A program made the translations under genes and the position numbers. This document shows positions 30,551 through 46,153 of a DNA stretch of 64,000 bases, one piece after another (within the stretch, counting starts at the first letter, position 1; each line of letters begins with the position of its first letter). The DNA lies in assembly GCA_964016885.1 (NCBI GenBank), contig OZ024764.1, positions 28,458,001-28,522,000 of the forward strand. The letters are read 5' to 3'. This DNA comes from Eledone cirrhosa. Lineage: Eukaryota. The notes beneath the pieces are model-generated. The model saw only the letters and a list, made by a program, of their open reading frames with translations. It had not been told where the DNA came from and searched no databases.

Positions 30551-30552
<2 letters not shown>
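30103..30552 (-). mobile_element. Decayed retroelement segment, probably an RTE 5' region
   Basis: Minus strand tagcctttgtcaaggc...ctaggagaaggaaaactctga resembles a motif I recall from RTE 5' regions. Confidence 0.4.
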
Positions 30553-30606
<54 letters not shown>

Positions 30607-30644
30607 CATACATACACACATATATATTTATAACTATCTATCTA

Positions 30645-30699
<55 letters not shown>

Positions 30700-30859
30700 T
30701 TATATATATATATATACATTTATATATATATATATACATTTATATATATATATACATTTATATATATATATATACATTTATATATATATATATACATTTA
30801 TATATATATATATATACATTTATATATATATATATATACATTTATATATATATATATAC

Positions 30860-30953
<94 letters not shown>

Positions 30954-31174
30954 GCTCTTGCAGACAGAACGAAATGGCTGCCGATTATCAAGAGCTCTCG
31001 TACAAAGGAGATACAATCGGTATATTGTCACCAGAGATTTGACACGATTACATTAGTGTAAATGGCTTTCACTGTTAGTTGATTTGAATAGCGTCTGCGT
31101 GTGTGTGCTTGTGTGTGTGTGTGTACGTGTGTGTGTATACACTTACTCATACACATATATATATGTATGTATAT

Positions 31175-31239
<65 letters not shown>

Positions 31240-31488
31240 ATAAATATATAGATGTTGGAATAGATATCACGATACAGATATATATATATATTTATACTAA
31301 TGTATATATATATATGCGTATATAGATGCATATACATACATATGTGTGAATATATATATGTATGTATATGTATATTTATATGTATATACATATATACACA
31401 AATATGTGTGAGTTTATATATTTATATAAGTATGTAGGTATTTATATATATGTATATAAACATATATATATATACATATATACATATG

Positions 31489-31548
<60 letters not shown>

Positions 31549-31762
31549 TAGATATATGTATGTGTATAAGTGTTTATATATATAGAGAGAGATATATATG
31601 TATGTATATAAGTGTTTATATATATATATATGTGTGAGCGTTTGAGTTTATGTTTTGGCACAAAAAGGTATTTGTGCCATCAAAAATGAGAAACGTCTGT
31701 GCTCAATGCCTGGTGTAGAGTCACATTGTATGGTGTGGTAGGGAAGGGAGACAGAGAGCAAC

Positions 31763-31806
<44 letters not shown>

Positions 31807-32019
31807 ACAAACGAGGGAGACGGAGAGAGATAGGGAGAGAGAGAGAGCGAACGAGGCACAGCGGGAGAGAGAGGGGGAGAGAGTGCAACGAGAGAGAGAG
31901 GAAACGGGATAAGAGAGATAGCGACAGAGAGAGCAAACGGGAGAGAGAGAGAACAAACGAGGGAGAAAGAGACAGAGAGAGAGAGAGAGAGAAAGAGTGA
32001 GAGAGAGAGTGAGAGAGAC

Positions 32020-32830
32020 ATAGCGACAGAGAGATAGAGAAAGAGAGATGGCGAGAGCAAACGAGAGAGAGAGATGGAGGGGAAAAGAGAGAGAGAGCAA
32101 ATGTGAGAGAAGGTGAGAGTATGTGGGGGAGAGGCAGAGATAAATGAGTGAGTAGGAGGTGTAGGGAGTGTGGGTTAGAGAGACAGATACTTCAGAGCCG
32201 TGTGGGTGATGGTGGTAGTGAGAGAGTGAGAGAGATAGAGAAAGAGAGATGGCGAGAGAGAGAGAGAGATGGAGGGGAAAAGAGAGAGAGAGCAAATGTG
32301 AGAGAAGGTGAGAGTATGTGGGGGAGAGGCAGAGATAAATGAGTGAGTAGGAGGTGTAGGGAGTGAGGGTTAGAGAGACAGAGATACTTCAGAGCCGTGT
32401 GGGTGATGGTGGGAGTGAGAGAGTGAGAGAGATAGAGAAAGAGAGATGGCGAGAGAGAGAGAGAGATGGAGGGGAAAAGAGAGAGAGAGCAAATGTGAGA
32501 GAAGGTGAGAGTATGTGGGGGAGAGGCAGAGATAAATGAGTGAGTAGGAGGTGTAGGGAGTGTGGGTTAGAGAGACAGATACTTCAGAGCCGTGTGGGTG
32601 ATGGTGGTAGTGAGAGAGTGAGAGAGATAGAGAAAGAGAGATGGCGAGAGAGAGAGAGAGATGGAGGGGAAAAGAGAGAGAGAGAGCAAATGTGAGAGAA
32701 GATGAGAGTATGTGGGAGAGAGGCAGAGATAAATGAGTGAGTAGGAGGTGTAGGGAGTGAGGGTTAGAGAGACAGAGATACTTCAGAGCCGTGTGGGTGA
32801 TGGTGGGAGTGAGAGAGTGAGAGAGATAGA
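32020..32830. repeat. ~196-bp purine-rich tandem repeat x4 with ABAB higher order
   Basis: gcaaatgtgag at 32097, 32292, 32489 and 32686; diagnostic variants alternate. Confidence 0.85.
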
Positions 32831-32961
32831 GAGAGGAGGGGAAGACAAACGGTCCGATTAGTAAACAGAGAAACAACTTCAGATACGGGAGATAAGATGG
32901 AAGAAAAATGTTAATAGCTGATTTATAGAGAATTATATATATGTATATATATACGTGTGTG

Positions 32962-33007
<46 letters not shown>

Positions 33008-33151
33008 TGTATATGCATATATATATTTATGAATTTGTATATGGTTATGTATATATGTATATATATATTTGTATATATGTATATATGTATATATGTATAT
33101 ATGTATATATTGTATATATGTATATATATGTATATATTGTATATATGTATA

Positions 33152-33195
<44 letters not shown>

Positions 33196-33341
33196 TGTAT
33201 ATGAATATTTATATTTATGAATTTGTATATGCTTATGTATATATCTATATATATATATTTGTATATATGTATATATATTTGTATGTAAGTATATATATAT
33301 GTATATATATATATATGTGTGTGTGTGTGTATATATGTATG

Positions 33342-33372
<31 letters not shown>

Positions 33373-33682
33373 ATATGTATGTATATATATATATGTGTAT
33401 GTGTGTGTATGTATATACATGTGTGTGTGTATATATATGTATATATATATGTGTGTAAGTATATATATATTTATATATGCACATATATATATAGGTATGT
33501 ATGTATATATGTATATATAAATGTATGTATATGTATGTATATATATGTATGAATATATATATGTATATATGTGTGTATATATATGTGTGTGTATATATAT
33601 ATATAGAAAGATATACATTCATATATTAAATATATTAATGAACCTATCTCTACCTATCTATCTATCTATCTATATATGTATA

Positions 33683-33834
<152 letters not shown>

Positions 33835-34146
33835 CAAACACACACGCACACGAACTGACACGAAAGAACAAAATATAGAGATTGATTTGGCAGATAAGCA
33901 AAACACAAAAACAAAATGGAGCTCGTTTGGAAAGTGAAAGTAGATTGCTTTGGCGGGAATTAAAATGACGCGAAATCAGTTTATGTCGTAAAAATGGCGG
34001 GAAAGGAAAGATAGGTAAACAGATAGATAGGTAGGTAGGTAGATAGACAGGTAGATAGGGAATCTGGCAGAAAGGTGGGAGGTTTATGTACAGTAATCAC
34101 TGAAATGGAGATATCACATTTGGGTGTAAAGCATTGCTTGATGAGC

Positions 34147-34180
<34 letters not shown>

Positions 34181-34288
34181 CACATATAGGTATATATATA
34201 TGTATATATATATATGTATATATATATGTATATATTTGTATATATATATATGTATATATTTGTATATATATATATGTATATACATATA

Positions 34289-34358
<70 letters not shown>

Positions 34359-34471
34359 TGTATATACATATATATGTATATATTTATATATATATATATA
34401 TGTATATATTTATTTATATATATATATATATGTATATAAATATATATATACAATGTATAAATAAATATTAT

Positions 34472-34517
<46 letters not shown>

Positions 34518-34563
34518 GTATATATTTACATATATATATATACAATGTATAAATAAATATTAT

Positions 34564-34691
<128 letters not shown>

Positions 34692-34743
34692 TTATATATA
34701 TATATATATATATATACAATGTATAAATAAATATTATACACAG

Positions 34744-34792
<49 letters not shown>

Positions 34793-35268
34793 TATGTGTG
34801 TGTGTGTATAATATTTATTTATACATTATATATATTATATGTTAGTGAAGTCGTGTGTCTCAGTGCTTAGAGAATTGGATTCGCAATTGTGAGGTTGTGA
34901 GTTCGATTCCTGGACCAGGCGATGCGTTACGTCCTTGAGCAAGACACTTTATTTCACGTTGCTCCTTCTACCTGGAGTTGCAACCGATAGATAGTATTAA
35001 CAATGTGAAAGACCAATGGAAACATTGTTTCCTCGGTCCGACTTGACGAAAATCGATCGACTGTCGATATATATTATATTATTCCGTCTTATATATCTCC
35101 GACTGGTCCTTTAAGACCTTCACGTGGATATTCCTTTGATAATGTGTTTTTTACCCCGAAAATATTTGGGATAATTAAATTTACTAAGGTAAAATTCTAT
35201 AGTTATCTAGGCACCTTTAATTTTCTAATGCATTGTATGGCTTTTAAAATTATTTAAATTTATATTTT

Positions 35269-35728
<460 letters not shown>

Positions 35729-35731
35729 AAT

Positions 35732-36368
35732 ATGAAAACATGGCGTGGTGCGTGGTTGCAAATGGGTTACATATGAATAAATTTAGTCCTTCATTAGTGA
35801 TCTTCCAGCCTTCATTGGTATTTCATGGCTTTAAAGACCATATACCTTCGGTTGGTGCGAGCAACGGCTAAAGAAAGTCGTTGGGACACGTAAATAGGGG
35901 GACCGAGCGAGACAGTAAACAAACAAAGATGGTAATGCAACGAAACTCCTTCCTCACTTTTCGTTGTATTACCATCTTTGTTTGTTTACTGTCTCGCTCG
36001 TTCCCCCTATTTACGTGTCCCAACGACTTTCTTTAGCCCTTGCTCGCACCAGCCAGAGGTATATTGTCTTTAAAGCGATGAAATACCAATGAAGGCTGGA
36101 AGATCACTGATGAAGGACTAAATTCATTTATATATATATCTATCTTCAGTTTGCTTTTATCCTTCTATGTTGTTTACTTGTCTCACTCGCTTTACGCGAC
36201 TCACTTGTCCCAATAGCTTTTTTTAGTTATTGCTCGCACCAACCTGAGGTATATGATTTTTAATGCGATGAAATACCAATTATGGTTGGCAAATCACTGA
36301 CGAGGGACTAATTTTATAATATGTAACCCATGTGCAACCACGCAGTATTCCGCTTTCTTCTCATGTTT
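35732..36368. mobile_element. Fold-back element (~170-bp arms) plus a partial tandem copy
   Basis: 35775-35945 is the reverse complement of 35958-36130; 36170-36368 repeats the right arm; CTGATGA/CTGACGA present without a downstream GAAA. Confidence 0.7.
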
Positions 36369-36460
36369 TTATATATATATATATATAAGATACAAAGCTT
36401 AGCTTTTGTTTACAAACAGCGAAGAATTTGAAATTAGATAATGAAATAATGCCTCCGCCG

Positions 36461-36667
36461 TATTTTTGACTAAATAGTTTGGAGTTATAAAAACCCACAG
36501 AATGGGGAAAGGATGAGCATATTGGTGTAACGGTTAACACAATGGTCATGATAGCCAAAGATGGGGGTTCGTGTCCCATCTACAACAATTCTCATCCTTT
36601 TTTTATATCCATTCTGTAGGTGTTTATAACCCCAAACTATTAGGCTAATTTACTTAGTCAAAAATAT
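36461..36667. mobile_element. Inverted-repeat element enclosing a tRNA-like A/B-box segment
   Basis: Arms 36461-36517 and 36591-36667; loop contains tggtgtaacgg and ggttcgtgtcc. Confidence 0.55.
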
Positions 36668-36683
36668 ATAAGAACAAAGGTTC

Positions 36684-37417
36684 TGTACTTAAAAAAGGTT
36701 CTTATATATGAAAAACTCGGGGATTGTACTTAACAAATGTTCTTATATATGAAAAGCTCGGGGATTGTACTTAACAAAGGTTCTTATATATGAAAAACTC
36801 GGAGATTGTACTTAACAAATGTTCTTATATATGAAAATCTTGGGGACTGTACTTAACAAAGGTTCTTATATATGAAAAACTCGGGGACTGTACTTAACAA
36901 AGGTTCTTATATACGAAAAACTCGGGGATTGTACTTCACAAAGGTTCTTATATATGAAAAGCTCGGGGACTGTACTTAACAAAGGTTCTTATATATGAAA
37001 AACTCGGGGATTGTACTTAACAAAGGTTCTTATATATGAAAAACTCGGAGATTGTACTTAACAAAGGTTCTTATATATGAAAAACTCGGGGCTTGTACTT
37101 AACAAAGGTTCTTATATATGAAAAACTCGGAGATTGTACTTAACAAAGGTTCTTATATATGAAAAGCTCGGGGACTGTACTTAACAAAGGTTCTTATATA
37201 CGAAAAACTCGGGGATTGTACTTCATAAAGGTTCTTATATATGAAAAACTCGGGGACTGTACTTAACAAAGGTTCTTATATATGAAAAACTGTGGGATTG
37301 TACTTAACAAAGGTTGTTATATATGAAAAACTCGGGGCTTGTACTTAACAAAGGTTCTTATATATGAAAAACTCGGGGATTGTACTTAACAAAGGTTGTT
37401 ATACATGAAAAACTCGG
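36684..37417. repeat. 41-bp minisatellite (~18 copies)
   Basis: Unit aacaaaggttcttatatatgaaaaactcggggattgtactt. Confidence 0.95.
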
Positions 37418-38137
37418 TGAAGATGTTCAGATAATTAATAAACACTTCGATACATTTTTCTTTTTTTAAAAAAACCCTATTTCTTATAAAAGGCAATACC
37501 TTTAAAAGGATTTTGAAAATAATGAAGGATTTGAAGAAATTTAACAAGATAATCTAACTTGGTTGGTGTTTGGGGCATAACTGATAGGATGAAGGGGTGG
37601 AGGGAGGAGGGGGAAGTTGTGGGAGAAGGGGAAGAGGAGAAAACAGAGAGAAAGGAAGAAGAAGAAGAAGAGGAGGAGGTGTGGGGTGAAGAGAGAAGTA
37701 GAAAAAGAACGAATTAAAGAAACAATGACAACACTAAATTGACAAATGTTAAAGAAATAACAAAGAAATATGTTTCTTTTAAATAAAATTAGTGGTGGTG
37801 GTGGTGGTGGTGGTAGTGTTGGTGGTGGTGGTGGTGGTGGTGGTGGTAGTGGTAGTGGTGGTAGTGTTGGTGGTAGTGGTGGTAATAGTGGTGGTGGTGG
37901 TAGTGGTGATAGTAGTGGTGGTGGTAGTGTTGGTGGTAGAGGTGGTGGTGGTGATAGTAGTGTTGGTGGTGGTAGTGGTGGTGGTGAAGGGGAAGCCATT
38001 GTTTTGGGGTGGGGTGACGGCGAGGCGTCGTGTGAATGTGGGAGGGGGTTTTTGAAAGAGTTAATTAAATAAAAATATTTGCTAAAAAGAATATATACAT
38101 ACATATATATGTATATATGTATATATATATACATACG

Positions 38138-38185
<48 letters not shown>

Positions 38186-38400
38186 CATGTATATATATAT
38201 ATATAATATATATATATATACATACATGCATACATACATACATATGTGTGTGTGTGTATGTATATATACATATATATATATATGTATGTATGCATTTATA
38301 TATATATATATATATGCATGTATGTATATATATATGTGTGCGTGCGTGTGTGTATCTGTGTTTATACATGTATGTATATGTATATATATAAATATATATA

Positions 38401-38438
<38 letters not shown>

Positions 38439-38699
38439 ACACAGAGATAGAAGAGCGGCAGAGAGTACATGAAAAAAAAGTGAATTGTGTAATAGCAACG
38501 AAAATCGAAAGTGAAGCTACGGGATCGTCACGTGACCGGAACCGGAAGTTGGTGGCTTGCAAACACAAATTCGGTATCTTCCTTTTAAAATTTGTCTTTT
38601 TTTTATCACTATTCACCTTACTTTCTTACACTTTTTTTCATTCACTGTTTTCCTCCGTCTTATTGTGTGTATATATATATATATATGTGTGTGTGTGCT

Positions 38700-38742
<43 letters not shown>

Positions 38743-39074
38743 TATATATATACATACATACATACATATATATATATGTGTGTGCTTGTGTTTATATATA
38801 TATATATAATATATATATATACATACATGCATACATAAATACATATATATGTGTGCTTGTGTTTATTTATATATATATACAGTATATATATATATAGGCG
38901 CATATTTATATATATATACATGCATGTGTATATGTGTCTATGTATATATATACATGCATGTGTATATGTGTGTCTATGTATATATATTTATATATACATA
39001 TATACACACACAAACTCACAACACGCATATATATATATATACACAAACACACACATACATACATATATATAATA

Positions 39075-39123
<49 letters not shown>

Positions 39124-39180
39124 TATACATATATATATATATATGTACATATATATATATGTACATATATATATATGTAC

Positions 39181-39250
<70 letters not shown>

Positions 39251-39927
39251 GTATACACACACCATTTTCACGACGTCTCTCTCTTTTCTTGTATTTGACT
39301 TTTTAAAATGTTCGTTTATTAACCTCTCTCTCCCTCTATCTCCCCCCTCTCTCTCACTCTATCCCCCCCCCCCTCTCTCTCCCGCTTTCTCCCCCCCCCC
39401 CCCCTCTCCCTCTATCTCTCCCCTCTCTCTCCCTCTATCTCTCCCCTCTCTCTCCCTCTATCTCCCCCTCTCTCTCATTCTATCTCCCCCCTCTCTCTCC
39501 CTCTATCTCTCCCCTCTATCTCCCCCTCTCTCTCCCTCTATCTCCCACCTCTCTCTCCCTCTATCTCCCCCTCTCTCCCTCTATCTCCCCCCTCTATCTC
39601 CCCTATCTCCCCCTTCTCTCCCTCTTCTCTCCCTCTATCTCCCCCCTCTATCTCCCCCTTCTATCTCTCCTATCTCTCCTTCTATCTCACCCTCTATCTC
39701 ACCCTCTATCTAGCCCTCTATCTCACCCTCTCTCTCCCTATATCTCCCCCTCTCTCTCTCTCTCCTTCTAACTCTCTCTCTCTCCCTCCCTCTGTTTCTC
39801 TCCCCTCTATCTCTCTCAGTAATTCATGTGAAATCTATCTTATTTTAGATAACCTTACTACGATCTTCCTTTGGTCTATATTGTATTTTTCTCTCCAATG
39901 TTCTATATACATAGAATCAATAAGTTT

Positions 39928-42900
39928 AATAATAATGAAATTATTGTGTACAGTGCTCAGGTGCACTACAACTCATCAAAGTTGCATGTATAGTACATAG
40001 AATAATTGTTTCTACTTTTGGCACAAGGCCAGCAATACCCCAGTGCATTACTGGCACATTATTTTATATTTTATCGACCCCGTAAGGATGAAAGGCAAAG
40101 TGAACCTCGGCGAGATTTGAATTCAGAAGGTAAAGGGCCATAACTCTATGCTGCAAAGTATGGTGTCTGACGCTCCACCGATTCTGCCAATCCATCGCCT
40201 TTAAATAATTCTATAAATTGTTTCTACGTTAGGCACAAGGCCAGCAATTACTCCAGTATATTACTGGTACTTTATTTTATACAGTAAAGCATAGCGCCCG
40301 ACCTTCTACCGATACTGCCAAATCCAACGCCCTATAGTACATAGAATAACTGTTTCTACGTTAGGCACAAAGCCAGCAATTACCCCAGTGTATTACTGGT
40401 ACCCTATTTTATACAGTAAAGCATAGCGCCCGACCTTCTACCGATACTGCCAAATCCAACGCCCTATAGTACATAGAATAACTGTTTCTACGTTAGGCAC
40501 AAGGCCAGCAATTACCCCAGTGTATTACTGGTACTTTATTTTATACAGTAAAGCATAGCGCCCGACCTTCTACCGATACTGCCAAATCCAACGCCCTATA
40601 GTACATAGAATAACTGTTTCTACTTTTGGCACAAGGCCAGCAATTACACCAGTGTATTACTGGTACCCTATTTTATACAGTAAAGCATAGCGCCCGACCT
40701 TCTACCGATACTGCCAAATCCAACGCCCTATAGTACATAGAATAACTGTTTCTACTTTTGGCACAAGGCCAGCAATTACACCAGTGTATTACTGGTACCC
40801 TATTTTATACAGTAAAGCATAGCGCCCGACCTTCTACCGATACTGCCAAATCCAACGCCCTATAGTACATAGAATAACTGTTTCTGCGTTAGGCACAAGG
40901 TCAGCAATTAACCCAGTGTATTACTGGTACCCTATTTTATACAGTAAAGCATAGCGCCCGACCTTCTACCGATACTGCCAAATCCAACGCCCTATAGTAC
41001 ATAGAATAACTGTTTCTACTTTTGGCACAAGGCCAGCAATTACACCAGTGTATTACTGGTACTTTATTTTATACAGTAAAGCATAGCGCCCGACCTTCTA
41101 CCGATACTGCCAAATCCAACGCCCTGTAGTACATAGAATAATTGTTTCTGCGTTAGGCACAAGGCCAGCAATTACACCAGTGTATTACTGGTACCCTATT
41201 TTTATACAGTAAAGCATAGCGCCCGACCTTCTACCGATACTGCCAAATCCAACGCCCTATAGTACATAGAATAACTGTTTCTACTTTTGGCACAAGGCCA
41301 GCAATTACCCCAGTCTATTACTGGTACTTTATTTTATACAGTAAAGCATAGCGCCCAACCTTCTACCGATACTGCCAAATCCAACGCCCTATAGTACATA
41401 GAATAACTGTTTCTACTTTTGGCACAAGGCCAGCAATTACTCCAGTGTATTACTGGTACTTTATTTTATACAGTAAAGCATAGCGCCCAACCTTCTACCG
41501 ATACTGCCAAATCCAACGCCCTATAGTACATAGAATAACTGTTTCTGCGTTAGGCACAAGGCCAGCAATTACCCCAGTGTATTACTGGTACCCTATTTTA
41601 TACAGTAAAGCATAGCGCCCAACCTTCTACCGATACTGCCAAATCCAACGCCCTATAGTACATAGAATAACTGTTTCTGCGTTAGGCACAAGGCCAGCAA
41701 TTACACCAGTATATTACTGGTACCCTATTTTATACAGTAAAGCATAGCGCCCAACCTTCTACCGATACTGCCAAATCCAACGCCCTATAGTACATAGAAT
41801 AACTGTTTCTGCGTTAGGCACAAGGCCAGCAATTACACCAGTATATTACTGGTACCCTATTTTATACAGTAAAGCATAGCGCCCGACCTTCTACCGATAC
41901 TGCCAAATCCAACGCCCTATAGTACATAGAATAACTGTTTCTACTTTTGGCACAAGGCCAGCAATTACTCCAGTGTATTACTGGTACCCTATTTTATACA
42001 GTAAAGCATAGCGCCCGACCTTCTACCGATACTGCCAAATCCAACGCCCTATAGTACATAGAATAACTGTTTCTACTTTTGGCACAAGGCCAGCAATTAC
42101 ACCAGTATATTACTGGTACCCTATTTTATACAGTAAAGCATAGCGCCCGACCTTCTACCGATACTGCCAAATCCAACGCCCTATAGTACATAGAATAATT
42201 GTTTCTAGTTTTGGCACAAGGCCAGCAATTACACCAGTGTATTACTGGTACTTTATTTTATACAGTAAAGCATAGCGCCCGACCTTCTACCGATACTGCC
42301 AAATCCAACGCCCTATAGTACATAGAATAACTGTTTCTACTTTTGGCACAAGGCCAGCAATTACTCCAGTGTATTACTGGTACTTTATTTTATACAGTAA
42401 AGCATAGCGCCCGACCTTCTACCGATACTGCCAAATCCAACGCCCTATAGTACATAGAATAACTGTTTCTACTTTTGGCACAAGGCCAGCAATTACTCCA
42501 GTGTATTACTGGTACCCTATTTTATACAGTAAAGCATAGCGCCCGACCTTCTACCGATACTGCCAAATCCAACGCCCTATAGTACATAGAATAACTGTTT
42601 CTGCGTTAGGCACAAGGCCAGCAATTACACCAGTATATTACTGGTACCCTATTTTATACAGTAAAGCATAGCGCCCGACCTTCTACCGATACTGCCAAAT
42701 CCAACGCCCTATAGTACATAGAATAACTGTTTCTACTTTTGGCACAAGGCCAGCAATTACTCCAGTGTATTACTGGTACTTTATTTTATACAGTAAAGCA
42801 TAGCGCCCAACCTTCTACCGATACTGCCAAATCCAACGCCCTATAGTACATAGAATAACTGTTTCTACTTTTGGCACAAGGCCAGCAATTACCCCAGTCT

Positions 42901-43650
42901 ATTACTGGTACTTTATTTTATACAGTAAAGCATAGCGCCCAACCTTCTACCGATACTGCCAAATCCAACGCCCTATAGTACATAGAATAACTGTTTCTGC
43001 GTTAGGCACAAGGCCAGCAATTACCCCAGTGTATTACTGGTACTTTATTTTATACAGTAAAGCATAGCGCCCAACCTTCTACCGATACTGCCAAATCCAA
43101 CGCCCTATAGTACATAGAATAACTGTTTCTGCGTTAGGCACAAGGCCAGCAATTACCCCAGTGTATTACTGGTACTTTATTTTATACAGTAAAGCATAGC
43201 GCCCGACCTTCTACCGATACTGCCAAATCCAACGCCCTATAGTACATAGAATAACTGTTTCTACTTTTGGCACAAGGCCAGCAATTACACCAGTGTATTA
43301 CTGGTACCCTATTTTATACAGTAAAGCATAGCGCCCGACCTTCTACCGATACTGCCAAATCCAACGCCCTATAGTACATAGAATAACTGTTTCTACTTTT
43401 GGCACAAGGCCAGCAATTACCCCTGTATATTACTGGTACTTTATTTTATACAGTAAAGCATAGCGCCCGACCTTCTACCGATACTGCCAAATCCAACGCC
43501 CTGTAGTACATAGAATAATTGTTTCTACGTTAGGCACAAGGTCAGCAATTAACCCAGTGTATTACTGGTACTTTATTTTATCGACCCCGTAAGGATGAAA
43601 GGCATAGAATAATGTACAAATGTCAGGAAAATGAACAGTGTATGAGTTTA
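39928..43650 (-). repeat. 132-bp SINE-derived satellite (~25 copies) nested in a LINE-type 3' end
   Basis: Period 132 (cctatagt at 40331, 40463, 40595); full SINE at ~40006-40200; host continues after 43603 and is colinear with 56674-56790. Confidence 0.9.
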
Positions 43651-43739
43651 TATACAAATAGACATAGGATTTGCACCTAGAAAGTTCGCCCCCGAGGTAC
43701 AAGTCCAGACATGACCAGCAGTTGCTCCTTCATACCAGC

Positions 43740-43945
43740 CTCTCCACTCACCACGCCATCAATGTTGTCCAAGGGAAACGCAATGGCTGATAGATCTTGG
43801 CACCAGTGACGTCACAACACATTTCTACAGCTGACTAAACTGGAACAACCTAAAATAAGGTGTCTTATTAAGAACCCAACGCATCACACTACCCGGGAAT
43901 CACAATCGCAATTGCATGGCCAACGCTCTAACCTTTGAGCCACGC
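43740..43945 (-). mobile_element. Degraded tRNA-derived SINE
   Basis: Similar to the 59010-59448 family (catttctacagctg...aaactgg). Confidence 0.6.
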
Positions 43946-44224
43946 TTGACATTAAAGAGAGACAACTCTAAAGGAATTTTGAAAGAGTAATTTCCCTTGT
44001 TTTTGGTTTGTTTTGTATAGAGATTTTTTATTAATATTTTATCAAGATTATTCGTTACAGTAGTTATGTGTACACATTTTTTATTAAGACACTTCATTTT
44101 TTAAGCTAAAAACACGTCTTTTTCTTGTCAAAATAACTGAATGCAATTCTTATATATGTGTTGGTCTTCTAAGCGTTAAGTTACAAAACTTTAACAGATT
44201 CACAACATAAGCGGGCGACATATG

Positions 44225-45012
44225 CCTTTGAGAGAGATATATGCCGGCCTCCCAGGTATATATCTGTCGTTGTACGTAAGAGGAGAGTAAGATTTGCTGG
44301 CCACCCATGAGGCTGTGGCCCCCATTAGTGCTCTAGAAACCACAAGCAGTTACTAATAACAGGGGACACAAGCTCTCCTATCCCAATTTGCTGGCCACTG
44401 TCATCGTGCCACCTATGAGGCTGTGTCCCCATTAGTGCTCTAGAAACCACAAGCAGTGACTAATAACAGGGGACACAAGCTCTCCTATCCCAATTTGCTG
44501 GCCACTGTCATCGTGCCACCTATGAGGCTGTGTCCCCATTAGTGCTCTAGAAACCACAAGCAGTGACTAATAACAGGGGACACAAGCTCTCCTATCCCAA
44601 TTTGCTGGCCACTGTCATCGTGCCACCTATGAGGCTGTGTCCCCATTAGTGCTCTAGAAACCACAAGCAGTGACTAATAACAGGGGACACAAGCTCTCCT
44701 ATCCCAATTTTCTGGCCACTGTCATCTTGCCACCTATGAGGCTGTGGCCCCCATTAGTGCTCTAGAAACCACAAGCAGTCACTAATAACAGGGGCAACAA
44801 GCTCTCCTATCCCAATTTTCTGGCCACTGTCATCTTGCCACCTATGAGGCTGTGCCCCCATTAGTGCTCTAGAAACCACAAGCAGTCACTAATAACAGGG
44901 GCGCAAGCTCTCCTGCCCCGATGTCATCTCTAGAGATTCTGGTATTGAAATCCAGGACTTGGGAACGGCAGTGAACGACTGACCCACGGTTGGGGACGCT
45001 GGATGATCATGA
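44225..45012 (+). mobile_element. RTE-like LINE 3' fragment with an internal 107-bp tandem array (~6 copies)
   Basis: Translates LREIYAGLP..RKRRVRFAGHCHRA...KLSYPDVISRDSG; tcccaatt at 44381, 44488, 44595, 44702, 44810. Confidence 0.8.
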
Positions 45013-45141
45013 TGAACACACAGTGAAATGAAAGACAGGTACACACAGGGTTTAATTAAGAAAGGTAAATAAGAAATTAAAATCAACACAAATTAAATTT
45101 CACTATTTATTGAAGTTAGCTCCGTTGTCTACAGATGAATT

Positions 45142-45309
<168 letters not shown>

Positions 45310-45352
45310 CTGTATATCAAAAAAAAATATAATACGTTAAATATATATATAA

Positions 45353-45390
<38 letters not shown>

Positions 45391-45444
45391 AAACACAGAT
45401 ACCAACACATCTGTATATATATTGCAAAAGAATTCATTACACTT

Positions 45445-45533
<89 letters not shown>

Positions 45534-45623
45534 GAGAGAGAAATATATATAATTATATATATATATATATAGATGTATATATAGGATTTAATCTCCATTG
45601 TTACCATGTTTGTTCATGTTTGT

Positions 45624-45796
45624 TCAGCAAATAGAATTCTCTGGTCTGTCGCAGTAGTTGTAAAGAGAGTTGAACACCAGAGGGGGTATGCACGGGACGT
45701 GCAACAGCCGACCATACTGGCAGACAAAGTAATATCTACAGAGAGACGCCCTGTCTGGTATGGGCCTCCAAGCATCCCATGGTGAACATCGGATAA
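45624..45796 (-). CDS. Chitin-binding protein, last exon (second CBM14 domain)
   Basis: Polypyrimidine tract and ccag acceptor; phase-1 translation (V)[56 protein letters not shown] has the six-Cys CBM14 spacing. Confidence 0.85.
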
Positions 45797-45864
45797 CTGG
45801 AAAAAAAAGGAAAAATAAAAGGTGACATAATTAGCAGTAAAGGGGGGTTCTCTGGGAGTATATA

Positions 45865-46153
45865 CAGGGTGCGGACGATATTTGTTCGCAATTTTCAACT
45901 GCTAATTGTATGCAAATTTTTTTTACTTCCGTTGTCACTCTTGTCTTCATAAAAACAGTGACTATATTTCCATTATTTATTTTCAGAATAATTGATTATG
46001 AATAATTTTGAACCTCCAAATTTGTGGAAGAGACACGGAGTTCTTTTTGGAATCCGGGAGGACAAATAAGACAAATATATCTTAAAAAATAAAACTACTG
46101 TGTTATTTTTTTCCTAGACAGTAATCTTGCGAACAGATATCGTCCGCACCCTG
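45865..46153. mobile_element. Tc1/mariner-type MITE
   Basis: 27-bp TIRs CAGGGTGCGGACGATAT(t/c)TGTTCGCAA with TA TSD. Confidence 0.85.

Noticed and set aside
40210-43580. 132-bp array as CRISPR or a 5S/snRNA tandem cluster
   Set aside because: No spacers; the unit is a deleted SINE plus host flank.
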